Positions 12,771-24,432 of a DNA stretch of 64,000 bases are shown piece by piece; position 1 is the first letter of the stretch, and every line of letters starts with the position of its first letter. Source of the DNA: Octopus vulgaris (lineage: Eukaryota); NCBI GenBank assembly GCA_951406725.2, contig OX597816.1, positions 10,354,001 through 10,418,000 of the forward strand, written 5' to 3'. A program made the position numbers and the translations under genes. The notes under the pieces were generated by a model that searched no databases, was not told where the DNA came from, and saw only the letters and a list, made by a program, of their open reading frames with translations.

Positions 12771-13234
12771 GATGATAATGGTAATGATAATGAAGATGAT
12801 GATGCAGGTGATGACAAAAATGGTGACTGGACCAACTGGGAAATGTTCCCTGTAGACGTAATATATGGGTTTTGCTGAAATGAGATTTAAATTTATTCAG
12901 TGTCGGACAAAAACTTGTTCCTTTGAAAATATCTAAAAACAAAAGAAAAAAAGAAAACTTTCTAATTTAGTATTTCTTTTGATTTAAAGAGATTTTCTTC
13001 AGAAAAACAAAAACATTAACACCAATACCCCTTCCTCCCCCCATACATGCACACATACACAAACTGGTGTACATGCATTCCCACATGCAAATGCACTCAT
13101 TAACACAAACATACATGCACAGAAACACACACACACATATACACAGATATATATTTACACCACCCATATACATACACATATTCACACACAAATGCATATC
13201 CCCCCCCCAATGACCATTATTTATACGTTCTCTT

Positions 13235-13245
13235 GTGTGTGTGTC

Positions 13246-13289
<44 letters not shown>

Positions 13290-13467
13290 TATATTTATAT
13301 ATATATACACACATACATATATATCATCATCATCATCATCATCATTTAGCATCCGTTTTCCATGCTAGCATGGGTTGGACGGTTCAACTGGGGTCTGTGA
13401 AGTCGGAAGGCATATATATATACACACACACATATATATATATATACACACATACATATATATATAT

Positions 13468-13542
<75 letters not shown>

Positions 13543-13759
13543 TATATATATATACACACATATATATATATACACATACACACACACATATATATATATA
13601 TATATACACACATATATATATATATATACACACATACACACACACATATATATATACATACACACACACAACATTAACATCATACACACATTTTCACAAA
13701 AGTGTACCCAGACATGTACACACAAAAGCATATTCACACATATATACACACATGTAAAT

Positions 13760-13803
<44 letters not shown>

Positions 13804-13810
13804 TCGCATT
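13235..13810. repeat. (TA)n(CA)n compound microsatellite containing an RTE-tail remnant (13324-13410)
   Basis: Directly visible; explains the 229-aa low-complexity ORF. Confidence 0.95.
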
Positions 13811-14334
13811 ACACACTCACACCTACACGCACACAGTCAGAATGACACTACTCGAAAACCATCCCACAAATCAAGAAATAACCAAATACCAAAAGACGAA
13901 GACATTCTGCCGCCTTTGATGTAACTCCAGCCCCTTCACAATGGAAAAACTGTATGGAATTTTATCAACGAATGATAAATCATCGAAATAATTTATTCAT
14001 GAATCACCGTAAATCACTTGAGTGAGAGAAAATGACTTCGCAAACTTTTATAATAAAATAAAAGTAATGTCTTGTTGTGAAGCTGTGAAAGACATTTGGA
14101 AAAATTAACATGGTTCAAATGGATGCATTAAACATGTGGTGATGGTAGGCATTACCATTCTTAATTACTATTATATGACACACACAAACATACATGTGTG
14201 TGTTTGTGTATTTGGTTACGTATATACACACACACGCGCGCATACAAATTTACATCACACACATGCATTTTCACACATGTTTACCCAGACGTTTACACAC
14301 TCATGCACACAAAAGCTTATTTACTTATGAGCAT

Positions 14335-15054
14335 GAACGTTGTCAGTGTCGCCTGACTGGCTCCCGTGCCAGTGGCGCCTAAAAAGCACCATTCGAGTGT
14401 AGTCGATGCCAGTGCCCCCTAACTGGCTACTGTGTAGTTGGCACAGAAAAAGCACCATTCGAGCATGGTCGATGCCAGTGCCGCCTGACTGATTCCGTGC
14501 TAGTGTCACATAAAAAGCACCATTCAAGCATGGTCAATGCTAGTGCCACCCAACTGGCTTCCATGCTGGTGGCATGTAAAAAGAACCATTGGAGCATGGT
14601 CAATGCCAGTACCTATTTCTTTACTACCCACAAGGGGCTAAACACAGAGGGGGCAAACAAGGACAGACAAACAGACCAAGTCGATTACATTGACCCCAGT
14701 GCGTAACTGGTACTTATTTAATCGACCCCAAAAGGATGAAAGGCAGAGTCGACCTTGGCGGAATTTGAACTCAGAACGTAACGACAAACGAAATACCGCT
14801 GAGCATTTCGCCCGACGTGCTAACGTTTCTGCCAGCTCTCCGCCTTAATACCAGTACCACCTGACTGGCCCTCATGCTAGTGGCATGTAAAAAGCACCCA
14901 CTACATTATTGGAGTGATTGGTGTTAGGAAGGGCATCCAGCTGTAGAAACAGTGCCAAATCAGATTGGAGCCTGGTGCAGCCTTCTGGCTTGTCAGTCTT
15001 CAGTCAAACCATCCAACCCATGCCAGCATGGAAAGCTGATGTTAAACAATGACG

Positions 15055-15060
<6 letters not shown>
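14335..15060 (+). mobile_element. RTE-LINE 3'UTR copy with ~60-bp tandem units, interrupted by a family B SINE (14612-14846, minus)
   Basis: Repeated GTG(G)CAC/TGTAAAAAGCACCATTCGAGC units, then GTTAGGAAGGGCATCCAGCTGTAGAAAC..(GAT)n as in 57772-58295. Confidence 0.8.
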
Positions 15061-15085
<25 letters not shown>

Positions 15086-15997
15086 GGTTGAAATTTATTG
15101 AAAAACAAAAGACAAAGTTATGAATAAGCACAGAAATGCAAAACAAGGTGGAAGAAATAGTACTTGAATACCAAAGGTAGAGTAATATGCTTTTTATTTT
15201 TATTAAAGCCATAAAAACATAAAAAAAACAAAAAAAAACTATGACTTAGGGGTATATCTTTGCATCAAGACTACCATCTCTAGACTGTGTGTGTGTGTAT
15301 TGGTTTTTTGATAATTTTTTTAATGTTATATTACATTCATTGTATATTATATTGCAATATAAATAAATTATTAAATTGTCTATTGAATCTCTCTAATTTG
15401 TTTGTAATTTGCATTATAGCCCTATTTATGTGGTACTGAACTGACGTACCAGTGAATTGGATGTTTTACACCCCCTCCCTTTGAAGAAATATCTTTCCTT
15501 AGTTTCATACTTTATACACACACACAAATGTAGGGGCAGGTGTGGTTGAGTGGTTAAGAGGTTTCTTTCTAAACTACATGGTTTCAGGTTCAGTCCCACT
15601 GGATAGCATCTTAGGCAAATGTTTTCTACTATAGCCCTAGGCCAACAAAGGCCTTGTGAGTGAATGTGATGGACAGAAACTGAGTGAAACTAATCGTGTG
15701 TGTGTGTGTGTGTGTGAACGCGCGCTTGTGTATGTGCATTTATGTGTATGTTTGTATCTCTTTGTCATGACATAGCATGATTGTTGTAAATGAGTTTCAC
15801 TGCCATACCAGCAGTGTCATTCAATTTCAGCATTCTATGAAAACACATCTGGCCATAGATGGAATATTATTTTGTATGGAAATAGGTGAGGGTTGGTGAC
15901 AGAGAGGGTATCCATCCATAGAAAATTTGCTCTATGATATACAGCCTTTTCATAAACAAAACATCTCAGGATAAACAAAAGCAGAACACTAAGCCTT

Positions 15998-16225
15998 TGA
16001 AGGCAGCAAGCTGGCAGAAACGTTAGCACGCCGGGTGAAATGCTTAGCGGTATTTCGTCTGCTGTTACGTTCTGGGTTCAAATTCTGCTGAGGTTGACGT
16101 TGCCTTTCATCCTTTCGGGGTCGATAAATTAGGTATGCTTTGGGGTCAATGTAATCGACTTAATCCCTTTGTCTGTCCTTGTTTGTCCCATTTATGTTTA
16201 GCCCCTTGAGGGCAATAAAGAAATA
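15998..16225 (+). mobile_element. SINE family B with 15-bp TSD
   Basis: AGAACACTAAGCCTT at 15983-15997 and 16226-16240. Confidence 0.9.
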
Positions 16226-16781
16226 AGAACACTAAGCCTTCCAGCATGAGCATGGGTGCAGCAGATTCTGCTGAAGTCATTGATCTAACCTCCAATATAT
16301 TTTAAACTCTCCACGTGAGAAATCCTTCCTTGTTCTAAAAGTTTATCTCAATGAATAGTTATATTTTACTAAGAAGATTATTCCAAAGCCGCTGATGATC
16401 AGTTCGGTAAAGACCTCCACAAATTTTTCAAGAAAGTAATTTTCTCTATCATTGTCAAAGAACAGTTAAAAGTAATTTCTTTCTTTGATGTTTCTTTAGA
16501 GAATTATCTAATTCTAAATAATCACTCTGCAAGAAATCCCATTGATATTTTGCAGTATGTCCAAAATTATCTATAATCCATTATAAATGATTTGGTTCAA
16601 ATCATTTCTTTAAGACATTTTACTTTATCTTCTAATGAACAGGTATTGAATAAAATACCAGAATATGGTAATGAAGCACTCAGAAGCAGTTGATTTCAAA
16701 GAACAGAATATAACCTGTGTATATAATAGAGAGAGAGTAAAATGTAACCTGTATATACAGAGTGAAATATAACTTCTGTAC

Positions 16782-17040
16782 ACATCATCATCGTTTAACG
16801 TCTGCTTTCCATGCTAGCATGGGTTGGACGATTTGACTGAGATCTGGTGACCCAGATGGCTACACCAGACTCCAATCTGATCTGGCAGTTTCTACAGTTG
16901 GATGCCCTTCCTAACGCCAACCACTCCAAGAGTGTAGTGGGTGCTTTTACGTGCCACCGGCACGAGGACCAGTCAGGCAGTACTGGCAATGGTCATGCTC
17001 AAATGGTACTTTTTATGTGCCACCTGCACAGGAGCCAACA
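16782..17040 (-). mobile_element. RTE-LINE 3' tail copy
   Basis: (CAT)n CGTTTAACGTC..CCATGCTAGCATGGGTTGGACG..GGATGCCCTTCCTAACGCCAACCAC. Similar copies near 1800, 19511, 23370, 35990, 41225, 46985, 49105, 52690, 53885 and 59441. Confidence 0.8.
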
Positions 17041-17355
17041 GTAAAATATATAACACACACACACACACAGAGTAAAATATAGTCTGTATGTACAGCCACC
17101 ACCACTAATTATATAAAGAGATATACGTATGTATTAGAATTTCTAAGTCATCACTCCTATAATCAAACTTTTGTTCAGATTCTTACACTTTCTGCAGTCA
17201 GGAACACCATAATTAATTAGAGGCTCACTAATCAGTAATAATTATAACACGAGTATGTACAATTATGTTTTAAAACGTTCATGTAGCTTTATGCAGGGAA
17301 AGACTTTTACTGCAGAAAAACACATCAGTGAACTATGAATTTTGTCCCTGGACTA

Positions 17356-17396
17356 TGGGACACGTGTTTCTGTATCATTACACATCATCAGTTCCA
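17356..17396 (-). ncRNA. Candidate minimal hammerhead ribozyme motif
   Basis: Minus strand TGG-AA-CTGATGA-TGTGT-AATG-ATACA-GAAACACGTGTC-CCA: intact boxes, 5-bp stem II, palindromic stem III ACACGTGT, GTC site. Confidence 0.55.
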
Positions 17397-17504
17397 GATA
17401 CTGGACCTATTGTTCACAGCATGTCAAGAATTACCATTCTTATATTTAAACAACAAATAGTAAATTTGCCGATGTGTGCAAAGCTTTGTCAAACTTAAAT
17501 CAAT

Positions 17505-17700
17505 TAGGGTTCCAGTTGATCCAATCAATGGGATAGCCTGCTTGTGAAATTAATGTGCAAGTGGCTGAGCGCTCCACAGACATACATACTCTTTGAAACT
17601 CATTTTTGCCAGCTGAGTGGACTGAAGCAGCGTGAAATAAAGTGCCTTGCTCAAGGACGCAGAGTGCTGTTGGGAATTGAACTCACAACCTTATGGTATC
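17505..17700 (-). mobile_element. Older tRNA-derived SINE (distinct core)
   Basis: CCTTGAGCAAGGCACTTTATTTCAC..CAGTCCACTCAGCTGGCAAAAATGAG..CAGCCACTTGCACATTAATTTCAC; related pieces at 40415-40670 and 41088-41125. Confidence 0.6.
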
Positions 17701-17767
17701 TGTAGCTAATGAAGCCTAATGATGCAGAAACATAAGTTCTACAGTCTGATGACAGTGGTATGTTTTA

Positions 17768-17998
17768 TGCGGCGAGCTGGCAGAAACGTTAGCACGCCGG
17801 ATGAAATGCTTAGCGGTATTTCGTCTGTCGTTACATTGTGAGTTCAAATTCCGCCGAGGTTCACTTTGCCTTTCATCCTTTATGGATCGATAAATTAAGT
17901 ACCAGTTCCGCACTGGGGTCGATATAATCGACTTAATACCTATGTCTGTCCTTGTTTGTCCCCTCTATGTTTAGCCCCTTATGGGTAATAAAGAAATA
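17768..17998 (+). mobile_element. SINE family B with ~14-bp TSD
   Basis: GGTATGTTTTATGC on both flanks. Confidence 0.9.
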
Positions 17999-18449
17999 GG
18001 TATGTTTTATGCTTTCATTGTCTGTAAGAACAAGCTGTCTCCTGAGTCAGTTTCTGCTGCCAATGGTCTCAGCAGGTTTGAGGTTGAACAATTATATTTA
18101 GCAAATGTGTTAAATATAATACCATTAGTTACTCAATCAAAATAATATAGAGATTTCTTCTACAATGTACAACCTTGCTCAGGTCATTGCTAGCTAACCT
18201 CTTAAAATGAAAACCTATCAAACTGTAATTTGACCATTAATATAACTTAAAGAGAATTTGCTAAGCAAAAGAAATTATTTGTGCATTAAATTTAAAATTA
18301 TGTCTTTCTGTCTTATATCAGTTTAGCCAGTTTTACATTAGTTCGTAACCTCAATAGAAAGTTAGCTACCTCACCATTGCTTCATAAATAGCATTTAAAT
18401 TTTTTTACACCATTTCATATCAAGTGGACAATTCTCTCATAATGCAATA

Positions 18450-18873
18450 CTATGCCTGTCTCATGTGAAGCCTTGCCAACCCTGCAATCTGGAATTATAC
18501 AGAACCAGCATTATGACCCAGCAACGCTGGGTCATAGTGCTAGTGCATGCATATATAGGTGTGTGCGCACATACACGCGAGTACTGTCCAAATCTCCAAC
18601 CAATCACATACAGCTAGCTGGCATTCAATTGGTGTATCAAGTTTCGGGCATTTTGATTGGGTTTTGGATAGAAAATTCACAAAAAAGGTACTTCTATTGA
18701 TTTTTTTAATGGCCTTGCGGGGTGACTGGGGAAATGTAAAGATGTGCACGACCACCCTTGGATGGGTTTGAATGACCATAGAAAGTGTGAGCCCTCTAAC
18801 TAAAAAATTGTGGATTTGTATAAAGGACATGCAAACACATAGACAGACATTTTGCCATTTATATATATAGAGA
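18450..18873 (-). mobile_element. Possible non-autonomous Helitron-like fragment
   Basis: Minus strand starts ATCTCTATATATATAAATGGCAAAATGTCTGTCT, a typical invertebrate Helitron-like 5' end; 3' limit uncertain. Confidence 0.4.
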
Positions 18874-19944
18874 TTCTTTTTCAAACCATAGTCATTCAAT
18901 GTACACCAAAAGAATCTCATTTAGCAGACATGGGGTATTTAAAACCCATGATTTTCTCAAATGCATAACCTCTTGCCACACAAACACTTATCCTTAATCC
19001 CTCAAATCTTCTAAAGAAACAATTCATCAAATTCTATCTGATACAAAAAACATTACACATCATCAGCAACTCTCACCCTCCAGTCTTAAATAAAAAATGT
19101 CTGCTAATTTGCTTTGCTGTCACATATCTATGCTCTCCCATTAGAATTTCAAAGTGGACCCTTGTGATTTCATGAGTGATGATTAATAACTATCAACACT
19201 GCTTTGAACCATTCAATTATAATCCCACCTGAAGATGTGTATGACTAACTGAAGAACCTGCATAATAAATCTAAGCTTTGGCTTATGTTTATTCTGCATA
19301 ATATCTCAGTGAAACATGTCAGGGTGATCTCCTTCATATTTCTGTATGTGAAGGGAATAACAATGTGTATTTGGATTGATTTAAAGTTTTACAGGAAAAG
19401 CTTTAAAAAGTCTGGCTCATCTCCTTTAATTTCACCTTAAGCTTTTAATGCAATCTGTTTGGGATACGATATGCACATTAGCCCAAGGTGTTACAACTAA
19501 GTTTTGGCTTATCATCATCATCATTTTAGTGTCTGTTTTTCATGCTAGCATGGGTTGGACGGTTCGACCAGGGTCTGGGAAGCCAAGAGGCTGCACCAGG
19601 CACCAGTCTGATCTGGCAGTGTTTCTATAGCTGGATGCCCTTCCTAACGCCAACCACTCCATGAGTGTAGTGGGTGCTTTTTACATGCCACCAGCACAGG
19701 GGCCAGGTGAGGCTGGCAAACAGCCATGATCAGTTGATGCTTTTACGTGTCACCAACACAGACGCCAGCCAGGCGGCGCTGGCATCTGCCACGTTCGGAC
19801 GGTGCTTTTTACATGCCACCAGCACAGGTATCTTAACTACAATTTCCATTTGATTTTTATTTTGATGTTGGTGTTGACGTTATGTTTGATTTAAATCACA
19901 ATTGATTTTAAATTGTTTTCATGGGCCGAAGGATGAGAGGGTTA

Positions 19945-19991
19945 TTATCCTCTGATGAACGGTCAATGAATCATGAAACATGTTAGGACAA
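19945..19991 (+). ncRNA. Candidate minimal hammerhead ribozyme motif
   Basis: TTATCCT-CTGATGA-ACGGTCAATGAATCAT-GAAACATGTT-AGGACAA: stem I TCCT/AGGA, palindromic ACATGT, eroded stem II. Confidence 0.55.
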
Positions 19992-20662
19992 TTTCCTTTT
20001 TTTTTTTTTTTGTATCAAGAGAATACCAATGTATATTTACAACTGTTTAGCATTTCATAGTGAAAGCTTAGAAAAAGAAAAACATAGTTTCATTACTGTA
20101 CATTTCACTGGATTTTACAAAGATATTCATCATTGTCCTTATTTAATGTCCACATGGGCCAGACAGAATTTATTGAGGTAGAATTTCTGTGATGAGATGT
20201 TCTTCCTGTTGTTAACTCTCATTCCCAAGCAAGACGATAACTCCTCGTGGCCAGACATGCTTTTCACGGCAGACTGGAAATGAACAGTATTGCATGTATG
20301 ATGATAATGTCACTCATTTACAAACGTCACATGACATCAAGACAAATCTATGCACAGACAATTGTGTGCAGGTCAGATGACTGCAGTGACAAAATAAATA
20401 CTGAAGTTGAACAAAAGCATTTTAAACCATCAAAAGATTCCTTAGACAAAGTTTTCGCCAAAGTTTCAAGAGGCAAGTTGTGTCCACATTGTAATTGGTT
20501 TCCAAACTTAGCAAAAACGAAACCCTGCCATCTGAAAACTTCTCAGAGAACAAGATAGTCCTCAGCTGGAGACAAGTATTGAAATGATGGTTGAATCAAC
20601 GCTGGAGGAAGAAAACAAGGGGAAGGTTTACACCAAACAATGAAATCCACCAAAACTTGGCA

Positions 20663-21035
20663 TCCAATGGAAACTGTGAAAAAACCTATCTATCTAGATA
20701 CATACAAACTCTAGATGGTATCAGATTTGAAAACGGAAGAAGTGCTGATATTAAATATATGTACAACGGACAACGTATTGCTGTTTTCGACCTTACAAGA
20801 AGTCAAGAATCTCATATAAAATATGAGGTTATGGAAAGCATAAAAAATGGCTTGATTTGCTCAACTAAATATGTTAGCGTGAGTAAGACTTTCGATATAC
20901 CACATTTAGTGGTTTTCGCTAATTTCGCACCTCAGTAAAATGAGTCAGGACAGATGGGATGTGAGATATGTTACAACATCGGATTTATTAACTGTTTATG
21001 GTGAATTGGATAACGAATTTATATTTTCTATATAA
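20663..21035 (+). pseudogene. rep: Endogenous viral element: SF3 helicase half of a CRESS-DNA virus/alphasatellite-like Rep
   Basis: ORF 20591-20938 carries Walker A GNCEKT (GNxGKT-like), SADIKYMY, Walker B IAVFDLTRS, YEVMESIKNG..STKY and motif C PHLVVFANFAP. After a frameshift at ~20931 it continues LSKMSQDRWDV (arginine finger) to TAA 21033-35. Confidence 0.88.
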
Positions 21036-21195
21036 TGTTGATGAGGACATCTGAACACACCTGATATTAGAAGAAGATGATGCTGTGAGACAAGCTACGG
21101 TGTACGCCAAGTAAATTGGAAGAAAAAACAAGCAGTTACAAACCATCATTTTGTACAAGCACCAAGAAACTTGATAAAAGTTAAATTGTAATTAT

Positions 21196-21405
21196 TACTC
21201 TTTTACTCTTTTAATTGTTTCAGTCAGTTGCCTGTGGCCATACTGGAGCACCGCCTTTTAATCGAGCAACTCGAACCCGAGACTTATTCTTTTATAAGCT
21301 CAGTACTTATTCTATCGGTCTCTTTTGGCGAACCGCTAAATAACGGGGACATAAACACACCAGCATCGGTTGTCAGGCAATGCTTGGGGGACAAACACGC
21401 ACACG

Positions 21406-21461
<56 letters not shown>

Positions 21462-21636
21462 TACATATATACGACGGGCTTCTTTCAGTTTCCGTCTATC
21501 AAATCCACTCACAAGGCTTTGGTCGGCCCGAGGCTATAGTAAAAGACACTTACCCAAGGTGCCACGCAGTGGGACTGAACGTGGAACCATGTGGTTGATA
21601 AGCAAGCTACTTACCACACAGCCACTTCTGCACCTA
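21196..21636 (-). mobile_element. SINE family A copy
   Basis: Full-length reverse-complement match to the family. Confidence 0.88.
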
Positions 21637-21866
21637 TTATTGTAGAAATATTATTTCTAAATCTCTCTTAAGGAGACTACGGCAGTAGTACCGGGTATTA
21701 ATAGTTATCACCAAGCTAACAAAGCAGTCCAGAAAAATAAGACGAACGCTACCGTTGATTCGCTCCAAGAGGCTATCATCTCTAGCTAGCTATATGACAC
21801 ACAAGCCTGTGTCCATTACAACCTTTGAACTGGGGAGGTCATCAGCTTCCCCTTGCTGGTTCAAAA

Positions 21867-21909
21867 TCCACAGACTAGTTTCAGGGCATTTGTCCTTTAT
21901 CAATGTAGA
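21867..21909 (-). ncRNA. Degenerate minimal type-I hammerhead ribozyme motif
   Basis: Minus strand TCTACA-TTGATAA-AGGAC-AAAT-GCCCT-GAAACTAGTC-TGTGGA: 6-bp stem I, stem II, palindromic ACTAGT, GTC site; core is two transitions from CTGATGA. Confidence 0.6.
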
Positions 21910-22013
21910 ATAGTGGAACCCAGCAGGCATCGCTTTTGACTGTCTGTTTGAAAGCTTATTTATATATATTCAGTGGGACACCTCCACTGGTTTTCAAAAA
22001 CAGAAATATTATT

Positions 22014-22377
22014 CTTTTACTTGTTTGTCATTTGACTGGAGCCATGTTGGAGCACCGCATTTAGTTGAGCAAATCAAACCCAAGACTTATTCTTTGTAAG
22101 CCTAGTACTTATTCTATCATTCTCTTTTGCTGAACTGCTAAGTTATGGGGACATAAACACACCAGCATCAGTTGTCAAGCAATGTTGGAGGACAAACACA
22201 CAAACACATATACATGACAGGCTTCTTTCAGTTTCCGTCTACCAAATCCACTCACGAGGCTTTGGTTGGCCTGAGGCTATAGTAGAAGACACTTGCCCAA
22301 GGTGCCACACAGTGAGATTGAACCCGGAACCATGTTGTTGGTAAGCAAGCTACTTACCACACAGCCACTCTTGCGCC
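22014..22377 (-). mobile_element. SINE family A copy with TATTATT TSD
   Basis: TATTATT at 22007-22013 and 22378-22384. Confidence 0.85.
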
Positions 22378-24432
22378 TATTATTTCTAAATCTAGATAAA
22401 GGAGACTACGGCAGCAGTACTGGGTATTAATAGTTATTGTCTTCTTGTCATATTTTCTGGTATTACCCCAGGGTGGTAAAAGTATATTCCCAAAGTTGAA
22501 GTTTACTATCTTATGATGAGTAACACTAGTAAATAAATAATAAGATGCATCCATGATTACAAGAACTGGTTTGTCATGGTTAAATGATTTGTGCTCTCAT
22601 GAAGGTTAAGAAGATCTATAATGTGGGAATTGAATTTCTGCCCAATATTCATATAAAAATCGCATGCACGCACACACATACATACATACATACGCACACA
22701 CTTTTATTCTTATTTCATTCATTGGACTGCAACCATGCTGGGATACTGTTCTGAAGAGTTTAGGTACAAAAATCAAACACTACATTTTTTCGTTAGTCTG
22801 GTATTTATTCTATTGATCTCTTTTTCTGAAAAGATAAGTTACAAGAATGTAAACAAACCAACATTGATTGGTCAAGCAGTGTGAGTACAAACACAAACAC
22901 ACACACGACAGGCTTCTACACAGTTTCTGTCCACTAGATTCACTCACAAACCATTAATTAGATTGGTCAGCCCAAGGCCATTGTAGAAGACATATGTCCA
23001 AGGTGCTCTGAAGTGGGACTGAACCTGAACCTTCATGGTTGTGAAGCATACTTCTTAACTGCACAGCCATTCTTCTGTCTGACAAAGTAAAATATGGAAT
23101 TTTACACAATTCAGAGAAAAATATATTTTGCTTCGTATATTGGGTAGGATTGGGAAGAGAAAGTAACCTCTGACTGTCAGACTTGAGATCCAATCAAGAA
23201 AGATCAGTTAACGAGTGAAAATAAGAAAAAATGCAATAAAACTATATACACCAATTCACCAGTCTATTTCCTGCACCAGTTTCACATAGCCCCAGCCCAT
23301 CCAAAGTACCTTGGATTGCAGAATGATCTGTTGTGCTTAGCTTGGATCGTAGGGTGATCTGTGGTGCTTGGGGAGACCTATTGAGTCAAGTACATCAACA
23401 TCAAAATAAATATCAAATGGAAATTGTAGTTACGATACCTGTGCTGGCAGCACGAAAAATGCACCATCCGTATGTGGCCGATGCCAGCTCCGCCTTGACT
23501 GGGTTCTGTGCTGGTGGCACGTAAAAAGCACCCATTACACTAACAGAGTGGTTGGCGTTAGGAAGGGTATCCAGCTGTAGAAACGCTGCCAGATCAGACT
23601 GGAGCCTGGTGCAGCCTCCTGGCTTCCCAGACCCCGGTCGAACCGTCGAACCCATGCTAGCACGGAAAACAGACATTAAACGATGATGATGATGATCAGA
23701 CGAACAGCATCTGATGTGAAGTCATTTCTTCTCTTTTCTTTGAGACCCATCCTGTCTTGGAGATCCTGTGAAGGTCATTAGCGCAGTCTTTTGTTCTCTA
23801 AGCCATGAAAATTAAAATAAAAATCATTCAAAATGTTATTTTACTGATATTCGATTCATGCTTGATGGAGCATAACATTTTAATAATTTGGCCAGATTAA
23901 TTGAGGTTGAAAGTTGTTAATTGACCAAGATAGTTATCATTATTATCACCTTACTGAAGTCGGTGAGCTGGCAGAGTCATTACAATCCAAGACAAAATTC
24001 TTAGCGGTGTGTCTTCTAGCTTTTTATGTTCTGACTTCAAATGACACCGATGTCAACTTAGTCTTTCAGGATCGATGTAATAAGAACCAGTTGAGAATGT
24101 GGCTGATGTAATTAACTTGTCTCTTTCTCTCAAAATTGCTGGCCTTGCGCCAAAATTAGAAAGAATTATTATTATCAAGCATGCTACTTCTATGTGTACA
24201 TCGTTTTCCTATTTAAAATTCTTTGTAAACAAGGTACAACATCTGCAAGATTAAGGTCAAGATCCTGAATTACTTTCTCGTTAGTCATGAGTTCAATCCT
24301 TCCATCAACAACTGTTGAACAGATAAAATGGACACATCTAAATAAAAAGATTCAATACTAAATAAGAATAAACACTGTCATCATCATCATCATCAACATC
24401 CACGTTTCAATGTTTGCAGGGAGCAGAAGGTA

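Larger units (their letters stand above)
21644..22438 (-). mobile_element. 358-bp retrozyme/Penelope-LTR-like unit plus partial second unit split by a SINE
   Basis: AGAAATATTATTTCTAAATCT..AAGGAGACTACGGCAG..GGGTATTAATAGTTAT starts at 21644 and again at 22002. The second copy is interrupted by a SINE and resumes at ~22385. A hammerhead-like motif lies inside the unit. Confidence 0.6.

Noticed and set aside
13235-13924. Long ORFs such as 229 aa here, 214 aa at 62809-63453 and 165 aa at 44754-45251
   Set aside because: Translations of (TA)/(CA)/(TG) microsatellites (YI/HT/CV repeats) with no protein signal.
20247-20662. ORF 20247-20558 and the first 24 codons of 20591-20938 as the Rep N-terminal HUH domain
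   Set aside because: No RCR motifs (FTxNN, HxQG, YCxK) in a consistent frame and order; FTPNN lies only about 10 codons before Walker A, far too close. Part of the region is an old SINE-like repeat.
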